DNA from: Octopus sinensis
Taxonomy: Eukaryota
Assembly (NCBI RefSeq): GCF_006345805.1
Contig: NW_021832847.1
Coordinates: 27,263-91,262 of the forward strand
Reading direction: 5' to 3'
Length of the DNA stretch: 64,000 nt
Shown here: one piece after another, positions 1 to 10,544 of the stretch
Numbering within the stretch: position 1 is the first letter of the stretch
How the letters are laid out: each line of letters begins with the position of its first letter
Made by a program: the position numbers and the translations under genes
Notes under the pieces: model-generated
Told to the model about the DNA's origin: nothing
The model's input: the letters and a program-made list of their open reading frames with translations, nothing else
Databases searched by the model: none

Positions 1-733
1 TACTCTGTTAAATGTAATATTTTTTTTATTCAAATTGTTTTGAATTAATCAAGCATTATCTCATAGCTTTGAGGTTTCAATGATGTGATTGTTTATTTTT
101 AGAATGGCATTGTCGGTTAGGTGTGAAAGGCTAGATATTGCCAGTTTGAATATAAAACATAGAATATGTAGTGACGTCATTTTCCAGTGTGCGCACACGC
201 AACGTCATTCTTCAGTGTGCGTGTGCAGAACGTCATTCTTCAGTGTGCGAGTGCGGGGCTGGAACCTTCTGGAAAGGCATAAGGAAGTTCCCTCATGCAC
301 ATGCGCTAGAGACTGGGGAAGAAAATTCTATCGCATTCCTTGTTAGCGTCGTTGACTTGAGACATGGCTATTGAAGATAAAGGACGTGTTAAACGTGTGA
401 TCAGCCTATTCTCCTGTCCCAGACGCTTGGGATTTGACCTGCTCTGTTGCTGCTAAATTTGTTGTGAGGTTTATCTTACAAGTGTTAAAATTCAGCCTTG
501 CTATATCGAACCAAGTGGATACCAATATACCAATGTACTGCTTTAGTAAATAAGAAAATAAAGAATCATATATATTTTAAGGTTGCGTTTTGTTCCTGAC
601 TGGTAGTTTCTGGGAACAAAAAGAAAGGAAATTGTGTTGCACCCAAGTTGCACCCAAAAGGTGTAAAGAATCAACCAGTTCCCTTTACAAATGTTTGGGC
701 CAGATATGGCCGGTTTAAACACTAAAGGGTTAA
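1..733. mobile_element. piggyBac-like MITE (right part), interrupted by about 0.5 kb of other sequence
   Basis: Ends ACTAAAGGG+TTAA (721-733). Bases 1-165 and 690-733 resemble the interior of the 9909-10135 element. Confidence 0.55.
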
Positions 734-828
734 TAATGACAAAAAGTTAATTAAAACGAAGGTAAGGCATTTCAACAGATATACAGTAATGAAAAGGTTG
801 AAGGGAAACAAAGAAATATTATATGTAC

Positions 829-920
829 CGTACAGCTCTTTGTCCGGTTACATATCTCCCTGGGACTCGTCAGACCGGAATTATTAGCCAGATTCTCGCC
901 CCAGACATAGTTTTCATCAT
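829..920 (-). CDS. PANK4: PANK4 coding exon 9 (DENYVWGENLANNSGLTSPREICNRTKSCT); gene continues beyond the left edge
   Basis: Y.WGEN.A..SGL linker is characteristic of PANK4 and absent from PANK1-3. TCTCAG acceptor; GTACAT donor chosen for phase 0 (donor less certain). Confidence 0.88.
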
Positions 921-999
921 CTGAGAAAGAACGAAAAGATTAGAGATTTTAATTAGGGTTAGTAATTTATCTTCATTTTTGCATTTGGTTTACAGAGAC

Positions 1000-1585
1000 C
1001 TATTGAGTCGAGTACATCAACATCAAAATAAAAATCAAATTGAAATTGTAGTTATGATACCTGTGCTGGTGGCACATAAAAAGCACCATCTGAATGTGGC
1101 CGATGCCAGCGCCGCCTTGACTGGCTTCTGTGCTGGTGGCACGTAAAAAGCACCAACCAATCGTGACCGATGCCAGTGCCACCTAGACTGGCTTCTGTGC
1201 CGGTGGCACATAAAAAGTCCCATCCGAACGTGGCTGATGCCAGTTCCGCTTAAACTGGCTTCTGTGCCGGTGGCACGTAAAAAGCACCATCTGAACGTGG
1301 CCAATGCCAGTGCCGCCTTGACTGGCTTCTGTGCCGGTGGCACGTAAAAAGCACCAACTGATCGTGGCCGCTGCCAGCCTCCCCTGGCACCTGTGCTGGT
1401 GGCATGTAAAAAGCACCCACTACACTCATGGAGTGGTTGGCATTAGGAAGGGCATCCAGCTGTAGAAACACTGCCAGATCAGACTGGAGCTTGGTGCAGC
1501 CTCCTGGCTTCCCAGATCCCGGTCGAACCATCCAACCCATGCTAGCATGGAAAATGGACATTAAATGATGATGATGATGATGATA
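1000..1585 (+). mobile_element. SINE-like repeat with an internal tandem module (GGCACGTAAAAAGCACC) and (GAT)n tail
   Basis: The same body (AGGAAGGGCATCCAGC..CCAACCCATGCTAGCATGG..(GAT)n) recurs at about 2805-3220(+), 6110-6410(-), 10500-12035(+), 15470-16105(+) and 24620-25000(-). Confidence 0.8.
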
Positions 1586-2526
1586 CTTGATGTGAATTCA
1601 GGTGATGAAACAATTTCATTATGTCTAGGGAAAGTCGTTAAGCCAATGACAAAGGAGCTCTGACTAACAAACAACAGATTGATTGTTAAAACAAACACAT
1701 TAAACAAATGATTGATAAATTAGTTGGATGGATATTTAAGCAATTGACAAGCTATAAAGTAGAACTGGACCAGTGCACGTTTTTATTGGCGTAATGACCC
1801 ACCCAAGACACAACAAAAGTTGGTTATTTCTGTGTATGAAAAATATAGTAGGAACAGACAAACAATGGAAACACTTGGGTCTTGAGATGGGGGGGTGAGG
1901 GGCGGGGTTAGTGTGTGTATGTGCATATACATATGTTTGTGTGTGTGTGTTTAAATGAGTGTGTATATGTGTATGGATTTGTGCAAGTGTGTGTATGCAG
2001 GAGTGTATCAGTGTGTGTATTTGTGTGTGGGTGTGTGTGTATGTGTGTGTAAATGGGTGTGTGTGTGTACATGTGTGCATGCATGTATTTGTGTGTGTGT
2101 GTGTGTGTACCTAGACAGAATGTACTTGTTACACCTGAACTATCATAATAAGACCCTGTTGACAAGAACCAGTCGAGTGCCCTACCCCCAGCTTTGGACC
2201 CGTTGAGTGCCCTACCCCCAGCTTTGGACCCGTTGAGTGCTGCGAGTCAGCAGAATGAAAACACATCATAATGAAAATGCCTTGTGGTATTTAATTCCAA
2301 CTTTTCACATCCTGAATTCAAATCCCACCATGGGCCACTGCTGGAGAGGTAAACTTAATCCACAGCTCGGTTTAACAGCCTTTAGTAGGGGAGCCAACTC
2401 TGTTGCAAGAATTCAAGCCAAGTCTCCAGTTTAGCATTCAGATTATCAAATCATCATCATCATGATCACCACCACCACCACCACCATCACCATCATCATC
2501 ATCATGATCACCACCACCATCGTCAT

Positions 2527-2614
<88 letters not shown>

Positions 2615-3452
2615 TGTTTTAAATCCTGGTTTTGTCCCTGTTAATGGAAGTGGTCGGATCTACCTCAATACCATAGCAACTGAGGCAGCCAGGTGCAGCC
2701 CACCCCAACCTTTGGGCTGGCTGGTGCTTATTCTCCCTTGTTGTCCTAAGGCGTTTTTGGAGCTGGATTTCCTACGGGGATCATGCCCTTGCTTACCCCC
2801 AACCTCAGTTTCTAGACAGCCGCCCCGACTGGCCTCTGTGCCGGTGGCACGTAAAAGTACCATCCGTTCGTGTCCGTTGCCAGCCTCGCCTGGCCCCCAT
2901 GCTGGTGGCACGTAAAAGCACCATCCGTTCGTGTTCGTTGCCAGCCTCGCCTGGCCCCCATGCCGGTGGCACGTAAAAGCACCATCTGTTCGTGGCCGTT
3001 TGCCAGCACCGTCTGGCACCTGTGCGGGTGGCACGTAAAAAGCACCCACTATACTCGCGGAGTGGTTGGCGTTAGGAAGGGCATCCAGCCGTAGAAACAC
3101 TGCCAGATCAGACTGGAGCCTGGTGCAGCCTCCTGGCTTCCCAGACCCCAGTTAAACCGTCCAACCCATGCTAGCATGGAAAACGGACGCTAAATGATGA
3201 TGATGATGATGATGATGATGAGTGATCCCGAGACCAAGGCCTCTCTACTACGATTTTTAAGGAATGTGGTGGAAAGCTAGCTCAAGGAGGCAGGGACCTA
3301 CAATGTGAATTTTCTGATTGCCAATGAGAAAGGGCAATCAGAAAATTTATCCCAATAAATTTTATACAACCCATGGAAACATGGATGTCATGATGATGAT
3401 GATGATGATGATAATGATGATCTCAACATATAAACAATCAGATCTGACTTAC

Positions 3453-3534
3453 CATCTTCTTCTGCACCAATGAGGAAAGATCCGACGGCACCAAGGTAAC
3501 CTTCGTGTCGAAGAAACAACGCTTCAGTCTTTGT
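3453..3534 (-). CDS. PANK4: PANK4 coding exon 8 ([27 protein letters not shown])
   Basis: [13 protein letters not shown] hallmark motif. CTAG acceptor, GTAAGT donor; 82 nt. Confidence 0.96.
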
Positions 3535-3902
3535 CTAGAAAATGGTAAAATTCAAGAAAAAAAGAGGAAAAAGTGAATACCATAAGAACAAGTTGGGTGA
3601 CAGTAAGAAGAATATTTTAATTAACCCTTTAATTAACATATTTCTCGTAAAATAATTAAGTTTGAGAAATATGAAGAATTTAGTAAAATAACTGTCATTA
3701 TTCGGCCAATGTTTGGAATATAAACTGACATAGAATTTTGGTGGAAAGCTTTAATTTGGATCACTTTTATAGCAACCACATGGTTCTGGGTTCAGTCCCT
3801 CTGCATGACACCTTGGGCAAGTGTCTTCTACTATAGCCTTGGGCTGACCAAAGCCTTCTGAGTGGATTTGGTAGACGGAAACTGAAAGAAGCCCATCATT
3901 TA

Positions 3903-4500
3903 TACAGGAGTTGGACAAAATAATGAAAATATAGTATCATAATTTTGAAATCTCTATAAAAACCATCAAAAGCTTGTTTATTTTTATGTTTTTTGATTTA
4001 TTATTAGTGTTCCTTAATGTTTTGCTAAAATTGCTGTTTCTTTTCAGATATCATCAGAAAAAGGTAATTAAACTTCATTAGTTAGACAGATCTATCGGAC
4101 TTTCAAAGAGGTCAAATTGTTGGTGCTCGTATGGTAGGTGCTAGCATTACGAAAACAGCCAAAATGTTTGGTGTATCAAGAAGTACTGTCTCAAAAGTAA
4201 TGACAGGCTTTGAAAAAGAGAGAAAAACTTTGTCGAAACAAAACTCTGGAAGAAAACCAAAACTTTCAGATCGGGATTGTCGGACTCTTATGTGAATTGT
4301 TAGAAAGGATCTTGTACAGCTCCCAAAATTACTGCAGAGCTTAATGACAACCTCAAGAACCCAGTTTCCACAAAAACTGTTTGCCGGGAGCTGCACAAAT
4401 CTGAATTTCATGGGAGGGCTGCAACCAGAAAACCACTACTTTCAAAAACAAACGTTGCAAAGCGTTTAGAGTGGAGTAAAATCCTACAGAATTGGTCCCT
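3903..4500 (+). mobile_element. Truncated, pseudogenised Tc1/mariner transposon (left end and HTH region of the transposase)
   Basis: TA|CAGGAGTTGGACAAAATAATG terminus. Manual translation: FQRGQIVGARMVGASITKTAKMFGVSRSTVSKV...SGRKPKLSDRD...TAPKITAELN...VSTKTVCRELHK..FHGR...KPLLSKTNVAKRLEW, with a stop and a frameshift. Confidence 0.85.
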
Positions 4501-4527
4501 AGCAGCAATAATAGATAGTCCAGTTGT

Positions 4528-5187
4528 AATAAAGAAATAGGTATTTCGTCTGCCGCTACGTTCTGAGTTCAAATTCTGCCAAGGTTGACTTTGCCTTTCA
4601 TCCTTTTGGGGTCGATTAAATAGGTTCCAGTTACGCACTGGAGTTGATGTAATCAACTTAATACATTTATCTGTCCTTGTTTGTCCCCTCTAAGTTTAAC
4701 CCCTAGTGGGTAATAAAGAAATAGGTATTTCGTCTGCCGTTACGTTCTGAGTTCAAATTCCGCTGAGGTCGACTTTGCCTTTCATCCTTTCGGGGGTCGA
4801 TTAAATAAGTACCAGTTATGCACTGGAGTTGATGTAATCAACTTAATACATTTATCTGTCCTTGTTTGTCCCCTCTAAGTTTAACCCCTAGTGGGTAATA
4901 AAGAAATAGTATTTCGTCTGCCGTTACGTTCTGAGTTCAATTCCGCTGAGGTCGACTTTGCCTTTCATCCTTTCGGGGGTCGATTAAATAAGTACCAGTT
5001 ATGCACTGGAGTTGATGTAATCACTTAATACATTATCTGTCCTTGTTTGTCCCCTCTAAGTTTAACCCCTAGTGGGTAATAAAGAAATAGGTATTTCGTC
5101 TGCCGTTACGTTCTGAGTTCAAATTCCGCTGAGGTCGACTTTGCCTTTCATCCTTTCGGGGGTCGATTAAATAAGTACCAGTTACGT
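4528..5187 (+). repeat. Tandem multimer (about 3.6 x 183 bp) of a SINE 3' part
   Basis: AATAAAGAAATAG junctions at 4528, 4712, 4897 and 5078. The unit contains GACTTTGCCTTTCATCCTTTCGGGGTCGAT. Confidence 0.85.
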
Positions 5188-5403
5188 ACAAACACTGACC
5201 CGCACCACACCACCAAGCTATGCTCAGTATCACTGACCATCACCACCACCACCACCATCATTATCATCACTATTGGCTACTAGCATGTTATAGTCAGTCT
5301 TACAGCCACTCCACTACTGACCTGTGGTCACTATTCCCACCACTACCCCTACAACTGACCGACAGCCAAACTAAGAACCAAAGCCACTCACTCACTCACT
5401 CAC

Positions 5404-5594
5404 CTTGGACCAATATTTGATGGAACCGCTGAGTATGTGCATGGTCAGCGGGTTGCTGCGGATGAATCCGCCACCAAAGTAGATCTTATTGCAGTGATGT
5501 AGTTCTGCATAGAGGGATGAAATCTGTCCGATGTCGTTGCAGATAAGAAAGAGGAGGCTGGAGATTGCATCGGCCGACTTGTAATTTGCATCAT
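5404..5594 (-). CDS. PANK4: PANK4 coding exon 7 (DANYKSADAISSLLFLICNDIGQISSLYAELHHCNKIYFGGGFIRSNPLTMHILSGSIKYWSK)
   Basis: NDIGQ and YFGG.FIR..P.TM motifs. CTAG acceptor, GTGAGT donor; 191 nt, phase 1 to 0. Confidence 0.95.
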
Positions 5595-7035
5595 CTAGAC
5601 AAAGTAGACCAAAATTGTGAGAGATTACATTTGGGAGTCAGGTACAGGGTTTCCTTATACATTTTTAAAGGAAGTGGAGTGACCGGGGTCAGTTTTATTG
5701 ACACTTAAAACTCTGGCATTTAAACTAGTCAATGTGTTTTACCCGTTTTATGTCCAAAATGGCTAGATCTGACCTCTTACACGTACCCTACAATGCCATT
5801 CTAAAAATACACAATCACATTATCGACATCTCAAAGCTATGAGATAAAGCATGATTAATTAAAAACGTGTGATTAAATAAGCTTAACATTTGAGGGAGTA
5901 ATCTGAATGCTAAGGGTCAAGCCAACCATGTCCAGCCCAAATTTTCCACCCGTTTTATCTCCAAACTGACCATATCCAATACATCACACCTACCCTACAA
6001 TGTCGTTCTAAAAATAAACAATAGCATCGTTCAAATCTCAAAGTTATGAAATAATGTATGATTAACTCAAAACAATGTGTGCATGTGTGTGTGTAGGTGC
6101 AAATATCATCATCATCATCATCATTTAGCGTCCGTTTTCCATGCTAGCATGGGTTGGACAGTTCAACTGGGGTCTGGGAAGCCAGAAGGCTGCACCAGGC
6201 CCAGTCTGATCTGGCAGTGTTTCTACAGATGGATGCCCTTCCTAATGCCAACCACTCCGTGAGTGTAGTGGGTGCTTTTTATGTGTCACCGGCACAGAGG
6301 CCAGGCAAGGCTGGCAACGGCCACGATCGGATGGTGCTTTTTACGTGCCACTGGCATGGAAGCCAGTCGGGGCGGCGCTGGCAATGGCCACGTCACTGGC
6401 AACGGCAAATATACACATACATATTTCGGTTTTGGATTTGGTTTGCAAAATTCTTTTTATGAGTTTGTGTGTTGAAGCATATTCTGTTGTGTCTGTGGAG
6501 AGTCATTTTCTTCTTGTGCCTTATAATATAACACACTCACCGGTAAAATTTCCACAACGAAAATTTTAGGAAAATGAAAATAAGAAATAAGTGGAAATTT
6601 TACCAGTGAAGTCCCACTGCGTGGCACTTTGAGCAGGTGTCTTCTACTGTAGCCCCGAGCCAACCGAAGCTTTGTGATTGAATTCGGTAGGCGGAAGTTA
6701 CTGCCGTGTGTGTATGTGTGCATATAGCTGCTCAGTGAATCTCCAAAAGAGAGAGTGTTAAATTATAAGGCACAAAAAGAAAATGACTCTCCCCAGACAC
6801 AACAGAATACACATACATACACACACACATAAATACATGCACACATAAATACACACACACATAAATACACACATATACACTTGTCTTCGCAATCACACAC
6901 AATATATATATATGTATGTATGTATATATACAAATCTTCATAATCACATACACACACAACTTCACAGACACAGATACACACACCTAACCACTCATGTACA
7001 TAACTGACAGATCTACACACATCGGTGGAACTCAC

Positions 7036-7198
7036 CTGTTATGTCGTGTCTCAGGTAAGGGGCTTTACCAAAGCTACTAGCCAGAAGTTCGGCAGGTAAG
7101 TTAAGGGCTGTGGTATTCAATCCATAGATGTCCTTCACCAACATATCCACATTTTGGCTGTTGCCCTCTTCAGCCAGAAGCAGCAACTCATTAAAGCT
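7036..7198 (-). CDS. PANK4: PANK4 coding exon 6 (SFNELLLLAEEGNSQNVDMLVKDIYG...LLASSFGKAPYLRHDIT)
   Basis: NVDMLV.D.YG and ASSFGK motifs. GTGAGT donor; weak AAG acceptor; 163 nt. Confidence 0.93.
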
Positions 7199-7994
7199 CT
7201 TTGCAGGTCACATTTCACAATTGGTACAAGTGTAGATGTATATGTGTGTGTGTGTGTGAGTTTGTTGTGTAGGGAGGTTGTTCATATGTATATGTAGTGT
7301 GTGTGTGTGTATATGTATGCATGTGGTTGTGAGTGTGTGTTTTCAATAAAGAAAGAGAGAAGATCAAATATCAATATCAATCAAAACAACAACAAAATAA
7401 TTACAACATAATAATAATAATAATAATAATAATAAATGCCCAGATGCAGTACCAGGCAATGGCTCTCATGGCTTCTGATCTTAACTGATTGGAAGTGTTA
7501 TCATGTACATTGTTCTGTCTTGGTATAAAAGATGGGTTACAGCAAATATTCTGCTCAATACCACAGATTTGCTTGTCAGTTGTTTGACCTTAACCAGTTG
7601 AGCATGTCCCTTGGTGGCTGATGATATGTGCATCTCTGATCACGAGCAGAAGTAGTGGGGGAGCATCATAGCCATGTGTTGAGAGGGATTCTTTGGAGTT
7701 TGAATAATTCACCTCTGGAAACATAGGTGTTTCGTTCAACATCCTTAAACAATCCTTATTGAGGGATGGGCCACTTGACCAGAAGAAATTTCTAACTGGG
7801 CCCCACCTGCAAGGTTATGCACTGTTTATCTTGATATGAAATCACCATGTCGCACACATTTGGTTGTGATGCATGTGCCTGGTATCAGACGGGTAATCAT
7901 GATGGGTATACTGGGCTTCGTATATTTTACCCCAGTGTCACTTTGATGGCATGCACTGCTCTCTCACTAAATAATAATAATAATAATAATAAAA

Positions 7995-8212
7995 AGGGAG
8001 AATTTGGAGAATGAGAGCAAATTTGAAATAGAAAGAATTTGGAGCATGAAAACGGTGAAGGCTATGCCTATAATAATTGGTGTGTTTGGAACTGTAAGCA
8101 AAGATGCAGACAAATGGCTGAAGAAGATTGGAATTGAATGCCTGGTAGAGCCTAACAGAAAGTTTGTCTCTTAGAGATAGCAAGGATTATCAGGAGGGTT
8201 CAACACACTTGA
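7995..8212 (+). mobile_element. 3' fragment of an RLE-type (R4/Dong/NeSL-like) non-LTR retrotransposon ORF
   Basis: Manual translation FEIERIWSMKTVKAMPIIIGVFGTVSKDADKWLKKIGI /frameshift/ QKVCLLEIARIIRRV* resembles the C-terminus of restriction-like endonuclease LINEs. Confidence 0.7.
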
Positions 8213-8364
8213 ATGTTTGTTTTTTCTTATTCCTCTCTGCTGAAGAGCGTACGCTCAAAACATAAAAGACTTTCTCATTTTACCCGAGCGTCAAAATACA
8301 CCTACATGTTGTTTATACACTTGTCTTCATCTTTTGTTTTTCTGCAAATTTCTATTACATAAAG

Positions 8365-8698
8365 ACCCCCTTCGGTCATGAATGACCATGGGATTGCACC
8401 TAGAAAGTTACCCTCCTAGACACAAGTCCGGGCAAGGTTGTTTATGGAAGACCAGCAGTCGCCCATGCATACCGGCCTACCCTCTCCACGCCACCAGTGT
8501 TATCCAAGGGAAAGACAAAGGTCGATACAGCTTGGCACCTGTGACGTCGCAACTCATTTCTACAGCTGAGTGAACTGGAGCAACGTGAAATAAAGTGCTT
8601 TGCTCAAGAACACGACACGCAGCCCGGTCCGGGATTCGAGCTCACAACCTCACGATCGTAAGCTCGATGCTCTAACCACTGAGCCATGCGCCTTCACT
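8365..8698 (-). mobile_element. tRNA-derived SINE
   Basis: Minus strand has A-box-like TGGCTCAGTGG and B-box-like GCTCGAATCC, then GTTCTTGAGCAAAGCACTT...CAGCTGTAGAAATGAG. Confidence 0.75.
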
Positions 8699-9044
8699 TC
8701 TATTACATACATACATATACAAGTACATAAACATGTGCCAAGCAGGAGCACAACTGATGCTATATTCCTAGCCTTGAATATAGCATGTCCCCCCTGTCAT
8801 ACAAGTAAGGTTATTCATTTCCAGTCCTCCATGAAATTTTGTGAAAGCAACATGTCTTACCATGGAGAAATACTACCATGTATGGATACAAGTGAGGGCT
8901 GGTAACGGGAATGCCTCAATGTGTTCTGGGGTCCATCCACCCCCATCAAAGCATGGAAAGGGGACATTAAAATCACCACCATCGTCAACATCACCATTAT
9001 CATCTTCCACTCACTTTGTACACAAGCATGGCTTGGACAGGTTG

Positions 9045-9465
9045 TCATGGCAGCGAGCTGGCGGAAACGTTAGCACGCCGGGCGAAATGCTTAGCGGTAT
9101 CTCGTCTGCCGTTACATTGTGAGTTCAAATTCCGCCGGGGTCGACTTTGCCTTTCATCCTTTCGGGGTCGATAAATTAAGTACCAGTTACGCACTGGGGT
9201 CAATGTAATCGACTTAATACCTATGTCTGTCCTTGTTTGTCCCCTCAATGTTTAGCCCCTTGTGGGCAGTAAAGAAATAGGTATTTTGTCTGCCGTTACG
9301 TTCTGAGTTCAATTTCCACTGAGGTCGACTTTGCCTTTCATCCTTTCGGGGTCGATAAATTAAGTACCAGTTACACACTGGGGTCGATGTAATCAACTTA
9401 ATACCTATGTCTGTCCTTGTTTGTCCCCTCTATGTTTAGCCCCTTGTGGGTAATAAAGAAATAGG
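9045..9465 (+). mobile_element. SINE with head plus two tandem ~184-bp bodies (same family as 4528-5187)
   Basis: Head TGGCAGCGAGCTGGCGGAAACGTTAGC, then repeated GGTAT..GTCTGCCGTTAC units at about 9096 and 9281. Confidence 0.8.
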
Positions 9466-9683
9466 TTGTCATGGTCTGAAGTACTTTTTATTCAGAATTG
9501 CTGCCCTTCCAGACAATTCCGAGGACTGCATCTTACTCGTGCATTCCAATTTCAAACATAGTTCTATAGCTAAATGCTCTTCCTTACATTGACCACTTTA
9601 CAGTGAGCAATAGGTGTATTTTACTGTGGCACCAACACTAGGAGGGTGCCATGAACAGCAAACAAAAACAAACCAATCATTAC

Positions 9684-9776
9684 CTTTCCTTTGGTAAGTA
9701 ATGAACCAAGACCCCAAAAAGTGGCGCCGCCAGTGGCTGTTCCTCCGACCCATTCGTATTTATTCTCGGATTCAAC
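9684..9776 (-). CDS. PANK4: PANK4 coding exon 5 (VESENKYEWVGGTATGGATFWGLGSLLTKGK)
   Basis: GG.TFWGLG.LLTK motif. Polypyrimidine CTAG acceptor, GTAATG donor; 93 nt. Confidence 0.95.
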
Positions 9777-9908
9777 CTAGGGATAAAAAAAAGAGAGAAA
9801 TTACAAGAAATAACACAATTAAAGCAGGGTATTACAAAAGTTTAACAAGTTCCTTAAAATATTGGGCACAAAAGATTACTACATAAATAATCATTCTCAA
9901 GGACATGC

Positions 9909-10135
9909 TTAACCCTTTAGTGTTCAGATTATTCAATCAAACATAATGCTTATTGATTCCCATTGATTTGAATTAATCATGCATTATCTCATATCTTCAA
10001 GATCTTGATGGTGTAATTACTTAATGTAGAATAACATTGTAGGGTAGGTGTGAGAGCCTGGATCTGGTCAGTTTGAACATAAAACAGATTAAATATTTTG
10101 GCCGGATATGGCCGGTTTAAATACTAAAGGGTTAA
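9909..10135. mobile_element. piggyBac-like MITE
   Basis: TTAA|CCCTTTAGT ... ACTAAAGGG|TTAA: TIRs with CCC termini and a TTAA target duplication. A diverged reverse copy lies near 5705-5920. Confidence 0.75.
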
Positions 10136-10544
10136 GATAGTTTCCAGAAGGAATTATTAAACAGTTCAGTGGGATATTGGTATTGGTATTGTATCTGTAT
10201 ATTCAAACCAATATCCCAGTGAACTGTTTAATAATTCCTTCTGGAAACTATTCCTTCCAATATTTTAAGTATTTATAGGCATGAGGTTAGAAAGGAAAGC
10301 TATGTGGGTGGGACGTTTGTTTTTGGAACCCAGTGCCTTACTGCATGTCTGTCGGTAAGCTAATATCTTGTGAGTGAAAATGGTAGATGAAAACCGAAGT
10401 TCATCAGGTGTGTGTTTGTATGTATATATGTATGTATGTATATGTATGAGGGGTCACTGAAAAGTTCCTGGCTTTTGGTAACAGAAAATACAGGAGGATC
10501 AGTTAATTGTGATTTTATTCACAAAAATCAATGGAAATTGTAGT

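Noticed and set aside
89-480. Short ORFs as PANK4 exon 10
   Set aside because: No FD.LEMD-like motif on the minus strand; the next exon must lie outside the window.
2175-2610. 30-bp tandem duplication (2175-2240) and CAT/CAC/GCC trinucleotide run (2450-2610)
   Set aside because: Ordinary intronic slippage products with no exon context.
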